Shown: positions 12,064-22,300, counted from the first letter of the stretch. The stretch: 64,000 bases of DNA from Acaryochloridaceae cyanobacterium VAR_48_metabat_390 (GCA_031422435.1 JANPLU010000033.1:1-64000); one strand, 5' to 3'. Made by a program: numbers and translations. The notes: generated by a model not told the origin, from the sequence alone.

Positions 12064-13257
12064 GTGAGTTTAGCCCAAAGTGCGTCAGTGAAGCGAACTG
12101 CCGGAATTGCGCCCCACGGTGGGGTATTGGTCAACCGAATTGTCACCCCAGCGCAGCGCCAAGATTTTTTAGCCCAGGCTGATGCACTGCCCCGTGTTCG
12201 CTTAGACGAGCGATCGCTGTCAGATTTAGAACTCATTGCCATTGGTGGGTTCAGCCCTCTCGTAGGCTTTATGGCTCAAGACGACTATGAGCAGGTTGTC
12301 AACCACATGCAGCTTGCCAATGGATTGCCCTGGAGTATCCCCATTACGCTGTCGGTGGATGCGGCGATCGCCGAAACCCTAGACATTGGCTCCACCATTC
12401 GGCTCGATGACCCCACGGGCGCATTTATTGGCGTGCTGGAACTCACCCAAAAGTATACCTACGACAAAAACCATGAGGCGCTGAAGGTATACCTGACCAA
12501 CGAAGACAAGCATCCCGGTGTAAAGGTTGTTTATGACCAGGGCGCCGTCAATTTAGCAGGTCCAATCTGGCTGATGGAACGTCGTCCCCATCCGTTCTTC
12601 CCTAAATATCAAATCGATCCGGCTGACTCACGGGCTTTATTTCAAGACAAGGGCTGGAAGACGATTGTGGGCTTCCAGACGCGAAACCCGATTCACCGCG
12701 CCCATGAGTATATTCAAAAATGTGCCCTAGAGATTGTGGATGGGCTGTTTTTGCACCCATTGGTGGGCGCAACCAAAAGCGACGACATCCCCGCTGACGT
12801 GCGGATGCGCTGCTATGAGGTGCTGCTGGAAAGATATTTCCCCCATGATCGCGTCACCCTTGCCATTAACCCTGCCGCGATGCGCTACGCAGGGCCGCGT
12901 GAGGCGATTTTCCATGCCTTGGTGCGCAAAAACTATGGCTGCACTCACTTTATTGTGGGGCGAGATCATGCTGGGGTGGGCGACTATTACGGCACCTATG
13001 ACGCGCAGTACATTTTTGATGAGCTTGACCCTATCGCCTTGGGCATCACCCCCATGATGTTTGAACACGCATTTTACTGCAAAAAATCTTTGGGAATGGC
13101 GACGGCTAAAACCAGCTCTAGCCTGCCGGAAGAACGCATCCATCTGTCTGGCACAAAGGTACGGGAAATGTTGAGACGCGGTGAGCTACCGCCCCCTGAG
13201 TTCTCTCGTCCTGAAGTAGCCTCTATTTTGATTGATGCGATGAAGGGTGACGCGTAG
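12064..13257 (+). CDS. sat: Sulfate adenylyltransferase
   Basis: [55 protein letters not shown]. Confidence 0.98.
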   Translation: MSLAQSASVKRTAGIAPHGGVLVNRIVTPAQRQDFLAQADALPRVRLDERSLSDLELIAIGGFSPLVGFMAQDDYEQVVNHMQLANGLPWSIPITLSVDAAIAETLDIGSTIRLDDPTGAFIGVLELTQKYTYDKNHEALKVYLTNEDKHPGVKVVYDQGAVNLAGPIWLMERRPHPFFPKYQIDPADSRALFQDKGWKTIVGFQTRNPIHRAHEYIQKCALEIVDGLFLHPLVGATKSDDIPADVRMRCYEVLLERYFPHDRVTLAINPAAMRYAGPREAIFHALVRKNYGCTHFIVGRDHAGVGDYYGTYDAQYIFDELDPIALGITPMMFEHAFYCKKSLGMATAKTSSSLPEERIHLSGTKVREMLRRGELPPPEFSRPEVASILIDAMKGDA

Positions 13258-13286
13258 TCGTTAAATCTCCCGGTCAATAACAACTT

Positions 13287-13322
13287 AAAAGCCCTGCTTA
13301 AACTACTGTAAGCAGGGCTTTT
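13287..13322. terminator. Bidirectional intrinsic terminator between convergent sat and dps
   Basis: AAAAGCCCTGCTTA-aactactg-TAAGCAGGGCTTTT perfect stem with A and T tails. Confidence 0.85.
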
Positions 13323-13385
13323 GAATTTCTAAAGGGAGATTAATCCGTTGACTGGAGAGCAGCAATACGAGAGACGAGAGCTGAG

Positions 13386-13862
13386 CTATTCCAATAGGCT
13401 CCGAAGCATCCAAGCATTTTTTTCGTGGAGCTGCATTCTCTGGGTTAAAAGGTCAGCCGTTGGCTCATCGTGAGCTTCATCCACCATCGGAAAAATCGAG
13501 CGCGCGGTACGCACCACTGCCTCCTGGCCTTCAACTAAGAGCTTAATCATTTCTTCCGCCTTGGGTACACCCGCCGTTTCCTTGATTGAGCTGAGTTTGG
13601 CGTATTCACTATAGGTGGCAGGAGCAGGGAACCCTAAAGACCGGATTCGCTCAGCGACCAAATCAACCGCCAATGCTAGTTCGGTGTACTGCGTCTCAAA
13701 CATCAAATGAAGCGTACTAAACATTGGTCCTGTGACGTTCCAATGGAAATTGTGTGTTTGGAGATAAAGCGTGTAGGTATCGGCCAGCAGACGCGATAAA
13801 CCTGCCGCAATCTCTTTGCGGGTTGCTTCGTCAATGCCTAGATTGATGCTCGGGGCTGCCAT
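13386..13862 (-). CDS. dps: Dps family DNA-protecting ferritin-like protein
   Basis: [40 protein letters not shown]. Confidence 0.96.
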   Translation of the reverse strand: MAAPSINLGIDEATRKEIAAGLSRLLADTYTLYLQTHNFHWNVTGPMFSTLHLMFETQYTELALAVDLVAERIRSLGFPAPATYSEYAKLSSIKETAGVPKAEEMIKLLVEGQEAVVRTARSIFPMVDEAHDEPTADLLTQRMQLHEKNAWMLRSLLE

Positions 13863-14115
13863 TTCATTCTCCAGTGTAGCTAGATCAAGGGTTTTAAGTG
13901 ATGTTACGAAGTCACTTTGCTGAGAGATTAAGTCGTCGTACTGACCAGTCGCTCCGCCAATAAATCAGCCAGAAACTGATATTCATCAATTTTAGAGCCG
14001 TAGGATTACGATCTCTTAACCCTAAGCCGTTACACTCGCCATTGTAAATGAAGCTGCGCTTTGCTGTGCTGAGCGTGCAGATTGAGACACGCCTACTCTA
14101 GAGAAGGTTTTTGCG

Positions 14116-16305
14116 ATGAACCGTCGGGATTTTCTGGTCTTTTTTGGTGCAGCGCTGGGCGGGGCGGCCCTGTCCGAGCGGTCTTTTCTGAATGAATCAA
14201 TAGCTAAAGCTGCGCGCGCTCAGTTAGCCATCCCCTTTACGCCCGTTTTAGGGCCAATGCCGCTCGTTACCAGCGGCATTGCGCCACTTCAGCAGGTGGA
14301 GCGCTACCAGCAGTTTACGGTGGTGGATGATTTGGTGTTGCCCAAAGGGTATCGCTATCAGGTCATTGCCGCTTGGGGCGATCGCCTAGGCAATTCTCGG
14401 TTTGGCTACAACAACGACTATCTATCCTTCATCGAAACGGCACCCAACGAAGGGTACTTAGTCGTCAACTTTGAATACATTAGCGCCATTCCTTGGATCC
14501 AGAGCTACGAAGCGGTCATTGGTCAGGCGCTGCCGTTTAAGGCCGTAGAAGTTGCCATTAAAGCCGCTGGAGACAAGGGTATTGATGCCTTCAGCCTGAC
14601 CGATGCAGACCCGCTCAAGGCGCAGATCCGCCAAATTGCTAAAGAGGCGCTCATCGACCAGGGGATTGGGGTGCTGTCCATTCGTAAAACCGCTGTGGGA
14701 CAGTGGGAGCGCACCTACTCTAAAGCCGATCGCCGCATTACCGGAATTTCTGGACTCGAAGACCGTCGCTATTTGGCCTGCACAGGCCCTGCAAAAGAGG
14801 TCTTCCGTAGGGCACAGGGGCAGGGGTATGTGGATGGGCTGGGCGATCGCATTATCGGCACTATGGGGAACTGCGCGGGGGGCACGACCCCTTGGGGCAC
14901 AGTACTCAGTGCCGAAGAAAATTTCCAGAATCAGGTGGTAGAGGCGGTCTATGCCGATGGAACCGCGTTTGCGCCCAGCAATCGGCGGTTTGTGGTCGAT
15001 GCTGAAGAAATCTCTGGGCAGGGGAATGTGTTGGGACTTTCGGGCAACAAGTACGGCTGGATTGTAGAGGTAGACCCCGCTAACCCCCAAGACTACGGCA
15101 CCAAGCATACGTGGCTAGGCCGCTATCGCCATGAGGCCGTTGGGGTACGGGCTGAAGCGGGTAAGCCCTTGGCGTTTTACTCCGGCTGCGATCGCCGAGG
15201 TGGGCACCTCTACAAATTTGTCAGCCGCGATTGGGTCATCAACCCCCAAGACAAACGCAATTCTCGCCTCCTTGAAGCAGGGATGCTTTACGCCGCGAAG
15301 TTTAACCCCGACGGCACAGGTCAGTGGATTGCGCTCAAGCCCGATACGCCCATTAACCCAACCCTGCCCAGCCAACTATTAGGCAATCTGCTGCCGCTGC
15401 CCAAACGTCCAGAGGGCGGTTATTTAGCCGCTAAAACTGATAAAGAAGTGCTGGCATTCAAACAGCAGTTCAAAACCCTGGCGGATCTGTACACAGGTAG
15501 CAGCTCTGTAGAGCAGCAGGGCGCAATTTTAATTGATGCCCACTACGCAGGGAATGCAGTTGGCGCAACGGCAACCGCCCGCCCTGAAGATACCGATGTT
15601 GCGCCAGACGGCTCGTTGTACATCGCTTTCACCTCGGGTACGCCGGGTAGCGACGGCAGCATAGACCCTCAAATTTTCAAAGGGCCTAAGGGCGAAACGC
15701 CCTACGAGTACGGCTTTATTATGCATTTAGTCGAAGACAAGGCAGACCCTGCCGCGCTGACCTTTCGCTGGTCAATGCTGGCAACAGGCGGGGAACCAGC
15801 CGAAGGCGGACTTGGCTTTGCCAACCCAGACAATCTGCTGTTTGACCAGAGTGGCAACATTTGGATGGTGACGGATATGTCTAGCGATAAGCTCAATAAA
15901 GCCATTCCAAACCGTCTTGAGGCAGATAAGCCCGTGAGTCAGTCAAATCTGCGGGGGCTGTACGGCAACAACGCTATTTGGGTTATCTCGATGCGGGGGG
16001 CAGACGCAGGGAAGGCGCACTTGTTTGGGATGGGGCCAATGGAGTGTGAAACGACAGGTCCCTTTTTGAGCGCCGACCAAAAAGCCTTATTTCTCGCCAT
16101 TCAGCATCCGGGTGAGGTCAATGGTATTCGTCAGAATCAGGCATCTCAAAGCCGACCGTTTGCAATGAAAACCACGGATGGCAAAGATTTTGTCCAAACC
16201 CGACAGGTTCCGGTGGGTTCTAACTGGCCGAACCCAGGTACTGCCCAACCACCCCGTCCTGCAGTGGTTGTGGTGAGCCGCGTGGATGGACAGGCGATCG
16301 CCTAG
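14116..16305 (+). CDS. phoX: PhoX-family alkaline phosphatase, Tat-exported
   Basis: Twin-Arg signal MNRRDFL; FGYNNDY, NCAGGTTPWGTVLSAEEN, LGRYRHEA, RPED, NPDNL, CETTGP, IQHPGE. Confidence 0.93.
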   Translation: MNRRDFLVFFGAALGGAALSERSFLNESIAKAARAQLAIPFTPVLGPMPLVTSGIAPLQQVERYQQFTVVDDLVLPKGYRYQVIAAWGDRLGNSRFGYNNDYLSFIETAPNEGYLVVNFEYISAIPWIQSYEAVIGQALPFKAVEVAIKAAGDKGIDAFSLTDADPLKAQIRQIAKEALIDQGIGVLSIRKTAVGQWERTYSKADRRITGISGLEDRRYLACTGPAKEVFRRAQGQGYVDGLGDRIIGTMGNCAGGTTPWGTVLSAEENFQNQVVEAVYADGTAFAPSNRRFVVDAEEISGQGNVLGLSGNKYGWIVEVDPANPQDYGTKHTWLGRYRHEAVGVRAEAGKPLAFYSGCDRRGGHLYKFVSRDWVINPQDKRNSRLLEAGMLYAAKFNPDGTGQWIALKPDTPINPTLPSQLLGNLLPLPKRPEGGYLAAKTDKEVLAFKQQFKTLADLYTGSSSVEQQGAILIDAHYAGNAVGATATARPEDTDVAPDGSLYIAFTSGTPGSDGSIDPQIFKGPKGETPYEYGFIMHLVEDKADPAALTFRWSMLATGGEPAEGGLGFANPDNLLFDQSGNIWMVTDMSSDKLNKAIPNRLEADKPVSQSNLRGLYGNNAIWVISMRGADAGKAHLFGMGPMECETTGPFLSADQKALFLAIQHPGEVNGIRQNQASQSRPFAMKTTDGKDFVQTRQVPVGSNWPNPGTAQPPRPAVVVVSRVDGQAIA

Positions 16306-16751
16306 TCAGGCAAAATAGAGCGCTGACACTTTGGGCAGATCGCGTGAATTAAAAGCTGGCAGTCGAGCAGGTGAAATCCCTCTTTCTCTGCCGTTTTAGA
16401 ACCCACCTTGAGAATCGATTCGCTCTTAAATTCAATCGTCCGGTTGCACTTCACACAAATGAGGTGATGATGGTGATTAGGGTATGGCTGATTAATTTCA
16501 TAGTGCTTATGGTCTTCCGCAAACTCAAGTTCGCGCAAGATTCCCATCCGCGCCATCAGCTTCACTGTACGGTAAATCGTAGACAGGCTAATCGGATCAC
16601 CTTGCTCCTGGAGTTTGTTATAGAGATCCTCCGCGCTAAGGTGAGTTCCTTCCGTAAGATTTTGAAACACGTTAAGGATGATTTCTCTCTGCGGAGTGAG
16701 CCGCCATCCTTTTTCATTAAGTTCGGACTTCAGCGAGTTTGCCGTATACAT
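16302..16751 (-). CDS. fur: Ferric uptake regulator (FurA type)
   Basis: GWRLTPQR, HLSAEDL, STIYRTVK, HHHHLICVKC, CPKC; probable start MYTANSLK at ATG 16751. Confidence 0.95.
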   Translation of the reverse strand: MYTANSLKSELNEKGWRLTPQREIILNVFQNLTEGTHLSAEDLYNKLQEQGDPISLSTIYRTVKLMARMGILRELEFAEDHKHYEINQPYPNHHHHLICVKCNRTIEFKSESILKVGSKTAEKEGFHLLDCQLLIHAICPKCQRSILPD

Positions 16752-16763
16752 CGCCCTGCTTCG

Positions 16764-16837
16764 CAATAAAGTTTGCTTATTGACAAGAGTACACTAATTC
16801 GTTGGACGTTTGCAACAAGACACTCTTATTGAGAATC
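16764..16837. promoter_or_regulatory. Putative Fur autoregulatory AT-rich boxes upstream of fur
   Basis: CTTATTGA repeated at 16776 and 16825 (CTTATTGAGAATC); imperfect inverted repeat CAATAA...TTATTG at 16764-16782. Confidence 0.4.
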
Positions 16838-16868
16838 AAAGGCTTTAGTGAACTCAAACGTTTGAATA

Positions 16869-17372
16869 TCATGTTGCAGCGTTGCCAGCAATAAGGCTTT
16901 GTCTCATTTCATCCCAATGCTTAACAAAGCCGAAGACACTTAGGGTAGCTATTCTGCCCCAATCTGTGTGGCTTAACTCAATGTTTAGATAATTTTCCGG
17001 CAGTACGGTCAATCGTTGAGACCATTCAACAGCAGTAATACCAAGAGGTGCTTCTAGCCCTAGCCAGTAGTGTTCTGGGTGTAGATCGTGGGCTTCGGTG
17101 GGGCTAAGGCGATATAAGTCAAAGTGATATAGCGGAATACGGCCTTCAGGATATTCATGAAGCAGAGCAAAAGTCGGGCTAACAATGGCATCTGTGATGC
17201 CGAGTCCGGCTCCTAATCCTTGAATGAGCGTAGTTTTGCCTGCGCCCAAGTCTCCTTTCAAAAATAGGATGGTTCCAGCGGCAACCCAATGGCCTAACTG
17301 CTTGCCCAAGTTTAGCGTTTGTTCTAGGGTCAGAAGGCTTAAAGTCAAAAATGTGTCTGTATCATTTGCCAT
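16869..17372 (-). CDS. tsaE: tRNA threonylcarbamoyladenosine biosynthesis ATPase TsaE
   Basis: GDLGAGKTT, SPTFAL, YHFDLYRL, AVEW. Confidence 0.96.
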   Translation of the reverse strand: MANDTDTFLTLSLLTLEQTLNLGKQLGHWVAAGTILFLKGDLGAGKTTLIQGLGAGLGITDAIVSPTFALLHEYPEGRIPLYHFDLYRLSPTEAHDLHPEHYWLGLEAPLGITAVEWSQRLTVLPENYLNIELSHTDWGRIATLSVFGFVKHWDEMRQSLIAGNAAT

Positions 17373-17522
17373 TGTGGTCTTTTAGGGATTTCTATCATAG
17401 TGTGATGGATAAACTGGCTTAATAAAACCTAAGGTGAACTGCAATCTCAAAAATGCTGCCGATAGCCTTAGAAAGAAAAAGTTTCCCGCATCTTGTTGTG
17501 TTAACTTTTTGGTTAACAAATT

Positions 17523-18419
17523 ATGAAGATTGCAATTTTATCTCAAGACGTTTCGCTTTATTCAACCCGCCGACTTTTAGAGGCAGGGTTAAAACGTGGG
17601 CATGAGGTGCAGGTGATTGATTTTCTGCGCTGTGCTGTTACGCTTCAGACCCAAAGCCCTCAACTGTGGCACAAGGGTCAGCGCTGTCCACGATTTGATG
17701 CCGCTATTCCGCGTATTGGCCCTGGTAAGGCGATCTACGGCACGGCTGTGGTGCGGCAGCTAGAGGTAATGGGGGTTCCCGTGCTGAATTCAGCCAATGC
17801 GATCGCCTGTGCCAGAGATAAGCTGCACTGCTATCAGCAGCTTGCCAGCAAGGGTCTACCTATGCCAGCGACGGGCTTTACCTATGCCTGTAAAGACATT
17901 GAGACGGTGTTGTCTCGCATGAATTCAAAGGCGGTCGTCATCAAGCTTTTAAAGGGCAGTCACGGCATTGGAGTGGTGCTGGCAGAAACCCTACAAACCG
18001 CCCGCGCCCTGTTTGAAGCGTTTCGCGGGGTGGATGCTGACGTGCTGGTGCAGGAATGCATTGATGAAGCCCGTGGGGTAGATCTGCGCTGTTTTGTAAT
18101 TGGCAACCAGGTGGCAGCGGCGATTCAGCGCAAAGGGCCACCTGGAGAATTTAGAGCCAACCTGCATCGGGGTGCGACGGCGCACCCTGTTGAACTGACT
18201 GAGCAAGAAAAGGCGATCGCCATTGCAGCAGCCCAGGCCATTGGTTTACAAATTGCAGGGGTCGATTTGCTGAGAACACAGCAGGGACCCTTAGCCATTG
18301 AAGTCAATGCTTCCCCCGGTTTAGAAGGCATTGAAAAGGCGACTCAAATTGACCTTGCGGCTCAGGTGATGATGTTTTTAGAGCAGTGGTTAACTGCTGC
18401 GAAAGGATTGCAGTCTTAA
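17523..18419 (+). CDS. rimK: RimK-family alpha-L-glutamate ligase (ATP-grasp)
   Basis: LYSTRRL, IPRIG, YGTAVVRQ, ARDKL, GSHGIGV, EFRANLHRG, EVNASPGLEGIE. Confidence 0.88.
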   Translation: MKIAILSQDVSLYSTRRLLEAGLKRGHEVQVIDFLRCAVTLQTQSPQLWHKGQRCPRFDAAIPRIGPGKAIYGTAVVRQLEVMGVPVLNSANAIACARDKLHCYQQLASKGLPMPATGFTYACKDIETVLSRMNSKAVVIKLLKGSHGIGVVLAETLQTARALFEAFRGVDADVLVQECIDEARGVDLRCFVIGNQVAAAIQRKGPPGEFRANLHRGATAHPVELTEQEKAIAIAAAQAIGLQIAGVDLLRTQQGPLAIEVNASPGLEGIEKATQIDLAAQVMMFLEQWLTAAKGLQS

Positions 18420-18431
18420 CGTCACTGGGGT

Positions 18432-19103
18432 TTAAGCGGGTGCTTCGCCTAGGCGCTGAAGCGAAATCACCGCTGAAGCTGAGACTTGAGGATGTTCGTC
18501 TTTGCTCAGGTATTTGAGTGCCGGAACGGTTTTAGGCGAAGGTAGATTTCCCAATGCTTCGGCAAGACGCTGACGCACTAGCCAGTCTTCAGATTGGGTG
18601 AAGCGCAGGATATCTGTGACGGCATCAATGGCCTTAATTTCGCCAAGGGCGGCGATCGCAGCCTGCTGAATCACTACAGCCTCGCTGTCTAACGCTCTCA
18701 CTAGGGTTTCACGGGCGCGAGGGTCTTTGAGGTTGCCTAAAGAAACTGCAGCGCTAAACTGCACCAGCCAATTGGTGTCTTCCATGAAGGCTCGTACCAA
18801 CGGCTCAAAGGCACGCTGATCTGCCAAGTAGCCTAAGGCTCCTGCGGCGGCGGCTCGAATGCTGTAGTCGGTGTCGTCGAGCAGCTTGAGCAAAATGTCG
18901 TAACACTCTGGGGTTTGCTTAATGCCGAGGGCAAACACCGCCATTGAACGAATATCTAGGCTAGGGTCGTTTAATACTTTCTTGATCAGGGGCACCGCGT
19001 CGATGGGGGCTACATCTCGCAGCGCGACCAAGGCTAAACGGCGATCACGGGTACTGTCGCTGTCGAGCTGCTGCGAAATTTCTTGGAGCGTTGGATTCGC
19101 CAT
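18432..19103 (-). CDS. nblB: HEAT-repeat (PBS lyase-like) protein, NblB-like
   Basis: Tandem HEAT repeats: RSMAVFALG, RAAAAGALGYL, WLVQFSAAVSLGNL, DWLVRQRLAEALG. Confidence 0.75.
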   Translation of the reverse strand: MANPTLQEISQQLDSDSTRDRRLALVALRDVAPIDAVPLIKKVLNDPSLDIRSMAVFALGIKQTPECYDILLKLLDDTDYSIRAAAAGALGYLADQRAFEPLVRAFMEDTNWLVQFSAAVSLGNLKDPRARETLVRALDSEAVVIQQAAIAALGEIKAIDAVTDILRFTQSEDWLVRQRLAEALGNLPSPKTVPALKYLSKDEHPQVSASAVISLQRLGEAPA

Positions 19104-19149
19104 TTTTGTTACAAAAATTTACTATTTTTCTCAGTATAGTTCATGATTC

Positions 19150-20334
19150 TTAACGACGGCGCAAAAGCTTGCTCACCATCTTGCGTGAGAACCGGAAATG
19201 AATGTCGGATTTTTCCGCCCATTCTTGAAGCAGCCGATAGAAAAGCTGACGGTCTTCGGCTTGCAGTACCGCAACCTGGTCAGCGGTTTCGATGACGTAG
19301 GGGTAGCCATTACCGATAATAATTTCACCGCGCACATAGTCTAAAGCAGTGTTGATTAAGCTCGCCTCATGCATCCAGCGGGGAAACTCTAGGCGAACGG
19401 GTGGATTGTCGTTGGCTTTGAGGTAGGTAAAGGTAACGCGGGTGGCCTGCTCTTCGTACTCTGCCAAAATGCCCTGTCCCCACGCATCTCCAGGGCGATC
19501 GCACAAAAACAATGGCGTGCGATCGCCCCACTGCATTCCTGACGTTAAAAGCTGCGCGTCATTGAGGGTTGTGGTTTCGGGAAGGCTCTCTAGACACCGT
19601 AGGGTTTGGATGAGGTCACAGGCATGGGAGGTGTCGATATAGCCCACCAGCGGCACACGATACCGTTCGCTGGCGCGCAGTAAATGAACGTACTGCTGGG
19701 CATAAAAGGTGCGGCACTCAAAATCAAAGGCTTCGGCAAAGGTGGCAATGAGTGACCCGTCAAAAAAGACGAGGCAATCTTGGCATCTCGCGTGGTCTTC
19801 AATAAACTCAATGGCGCGTGTTACCTCCATCTCAAACCGGCGCATACTCACCTGTCGATCAAGGGAGCGCCCGTTGCGCGGCACCTGAAGTTCGGCAGGG
19901 GTCATGATGCTAAGGCGCACGTTTTTGTCGTAGATCCCCTCATCAGAATGGGCGTTCTCAAACCAGCCCACCTGCACCAGGGCAATGGGCGGCGCAACGT
20001 CTTTGGTGGGGAAAATCTGGGAGCCGTCCACCGCAAAGGTGATGATATTGGTGAGGCGATCGCGCACCCATTCCAAGCTTTCTTCACGGTTAGGCCACTT
20101 CAGCTTAGAGGGCACAATCCAGTTGGGATATTTGCCCAATGTCTCTAGAGGACGCGCTCCAGGATGGGCGTGATCTGACAAGATGTCGGCAATGTATGGG
20201 TCAGACTGCGCCGAGACTTTCCGCAGGGCGCGGCGATAGGCTTGATAGGTGGCGGATGCATCATGATAAAACTGCGAAAATTCTGACTGTTTTTGATCCA
20301 GAATCTGCAAAAGATCCGAAGGTTTTAAGGGCAT
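19150..20334 (-). CDS. NurA-family nuclease
   Basis: FAVDGSQI and FFDGSL acidic motifs, RLEFPRW, C-terminal GYPYVIETAD. Confidence 0.85.
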   Translation of the reverse strand: MPLKPSDLLQILDQKQSEFSQFYHDASATYQAYRRALRKVSAQSDPYIADILSDHAHPGARPLETLGKYPNWIVPSKLKWPNREESLEWVRDRLTNIITFAVDGSQIFPTKDVAPPIALVQVGWFENAHSDEGIYDKNVRLSIMTPAELQVPRNGRSLDRQVSMRRFEMEVTRAIEFIEDHARCQDCLVFFDGSLIATFAEAFDFECRTFYAQQYVHLLRASERYRVPLVGYIDTSHACDLIQTLRCLESLPETTTLNDAQLLTSGMQWGDRTPLFLCDRPGDAWGQGILAEYEEQATRVTFTYLKANDNPPVRLEFPRWMHEASLINTALDYVRGEIIIGNGYPYVIETADQVAVLQAEDRQLFYRLLQEWAEKSDIHFRFSRKMVSKLLRRR

Positions 20335-20373
20335 TGCACAATACTGTTGTGAAGGGCTAGCCCAAATTGCTTA

Positions 20374-20542
20374 AGGTTATGAATTAAATAATCTACAGAA
20401 TTGCTGAGAAGCCATGCATTTTGAATGCCCTCATCCCCTAGCCCCTTCTCCCTAGGGAGAAGGGGAATTAGATGTTGCTCCCTCTCCCTAGGGAGAGGGT
20501 TGGGGTGAGGGGAATGAGTGTCGGCTATCAAACCCATGATCC
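20374..20542. mobile_element. Degenerate MITE-like element with internal GC-rich double hairpin (copy 1)
   Basis: Ends AGGTTATGAATTAAATAAT / GCTATCAAACCCATGATCC resemble the TIRs of the copy at 44282; core CCCTCATCCCCTAGCCCCTTCTCCCTAGGGAGAAGGGG...GGGAGAGGGTTGGGGTGAGGG. Confidence 0.75.
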
Positions 20543-20565
20543 TTCGCAAATGTAGACTACACCCC

Positions 20566-22071
20566 TTAAAGTAGCGTGTCTTCAGCGGTTTTAGACTCAA
20601 TAAACGCTTCTGCCTTTGCAAAAATCTTCTGCCGCCGTTCAGCATCCATCTTGTCCAGGGTCTTCACCATCATCGATAGGCGTGGATTGCGCTTCAGCAT
20701 ATCCTTTTTACGGTCTACAAAGCGCCAGTACAGTCCATCCCAGACCTCACACCAGTCACCCTTCGCATAATCACCCATTTTATTGAGATAGTTAGAACCC
20801 GACATGTAGGGCTTCGTCATCATCTGACCGCCATCGGCAAACTGTCCCATACCATAAACATTGGGCACCATCACCCAGTCAGCACTGTCTACAAACAGCT
20901 CCATGAACCACCGAAAGACCGCATCAGGATGCACTTCTGCCAACAGCATGGCGTTACTCATCACCATCAGGCGCTCGATGTGGTGCGCCCAGCCGCGCTC
21001 CTGTACGCGCCGGATCACCTGATCGACGGGATCTAAGCCCGTGGTGCCGTTGTACCAATCTGCCGTGAGCTGCCGCTGGTGATTCAAAACGTTTTGCTGG
21101 CGCTGAGTGGGGGCGATCGCATGGTAAACGCCCCGAATATACTCTCGCCATCCAATAATTTGCCGAATAAACCCTTCCAGGGAGTTGAGGGGAATCTCAT
21201 GATTTGAGGCGTAGTCCAGCGCCGCCATAACCACCTCCTGAGGGGTCAGAATACCCAAATTGAGCATAGGCGAAATGACAGAATGAAAAACGAATGGCTC
21301 TTTGGTGGAAAGTGCGTCTTCGTACAGCCCAAAGTGAACAAAGCGCTCGGTCAGAAACTGATGGAGCCAAGCTAGAGCATCTTTGTGGGTAACGGGCAGC
21401 CAAAAGTTTGCGCTCTGACCCGGATGGTCTGGAAATTTAGCGTCTACTAGGGCACCAACCGCTTTAACATGTTGAGTCTGAGCAGGGTAAGTGATCTGCG
21501 GCACCTCAATTTTTTTAGGCAGGGGCTTACGATTTTGGTCGTCGTAGCTCCACTGTCCGCCCTCTGGTTCGCCTGCTTTATCCATTAAGATATCGAGCCG
21601 CCGTCGCTGAATCTTGTAGAAGTCGCCCATAAAGAGGCGCTTATAGCGACTGCGGTAGTCCTGAAACTGGTCATGGGTGGTCAGAAACAGGGGGCTATCG
21701 TAGGTGATGAGTTTGAGGCTGTGTGTGGCGCAGAAAGACTGGAGGCGATCGCGCATTCCGTGGTCTTCAAGCGTATAGGTGTGCAGTTCCGATGCGCCGT
21801 ATTTTTGGACGGTGTGCCAAAGGTTTTCTTCGTAAGTGGGCAATCTCTCCTCAGCCATCAGCTCACAATACTCCACTGTCATACCCTTCTCGCGCAGGGC
21901 ATCTCGATGATGGCGCATGGCGGCAAGAATCAGAATAAGCTTATGTTTGTGAAACTTGAAATGTGTACATAGGCTCTCATCTTCTGCCATAAACACAGGC
22001 ATTTGCCGGAGCGGTAGCCTTCCATGATCTGGAAACAGCATATTGCCGAATAAAATAATCACTTCACCCAC
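20566..22071 (-). CDS. Cryptochrome/photolyase of the bacterial (6-4) photolyase (PhrB/CryB-like) family
   Basis: HKHKLILIL..MRH, GGQWSYDDQNRK, FHSVISPMLNLGIL, EGFIRQIIGWREY, WAHHIERLMV, DWVMVPNVYGM, TKPY.SGSNY. Confidence 0.9.
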   Translation of the reverse strand: MGEVIILFGNMLFPDHGRLPLRQMPVFMAEDESLCTHFKFHKHKLILILAAMRHHRDALREKGMTVEYCELMAEERLPTYEENLWHTVQKYGASELHTYTLEDHGMRDRLQSFCATHSLKLITYDSPLFLTTHDQFQDYRSRYKRLFMGDFYKIQRRRLDILMDKAGEPEGGQWSYDDQNRKPLPKKIEVPQITYPAQTQHVKAVGALVDAKFPDHPGQSANFWLPVTHKDALAWLHQFLTERFVHFGLYEDALSTKEPFVFHSVISPMLNLGILTPQEVVMAALDYASNHEIPLNSLEGFIRQIIGWREYIRGVYHAIAPTQRQQNVLNHQRQLTADWYNGTTGLDPVDQVIRRVQERGWAHHIERLMVMSNAMLLAEVHPDAVFRWFMELFVDSADWVMVPNVYGMGQFADGGQMMTKPYMSGSNYLNKMGDYAKGDWCEVWDGLYWRFVDRKKDMLKRNPRLSMMVKTLDKMDAERRQKIFAKAEAFIESKTAEDTLL

Positions 22072-22300
22072 TCAAAGATGTGATCAATCGTAAGCTCGAT
22101 TGCCGAGGCAAAAACTGAAACAGGCAGCAGCGCAATGGCTTCAGGTAATCAACGCGCTTGTACTCTCACTATAGCTTTACAAAAATAGAGACTGGCGTTG
22201 GAGACAGCATGTTGCTAGACCACATAGTCATGCATCATCGTGGCGTAATTTAAGTGTCTCTAAAAATTTCTCTGGGCTGATGAACTACCCATCACCCTTG

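Noticed and set aside
14004..14035. Pho box upstream of phoX
   Set aside because: Only one good unit (CTTAACCC at 14015); positions 11 bp either side do not match well enough
14458..15108. 216-aa antisense ORF within phoX, and the many similar shadow ORFs in the track
   Set aside because: Fully nested opposite or within well-supported genes, with no recognisable motifs
20325..20645. 106-aa ORF bridging the photolyase and nurA
   Set aside because: Largely a translation of the MITE hairpin (PHPNPLPRERE, PLLPREKGLGDEG) and overlaps both neighbours
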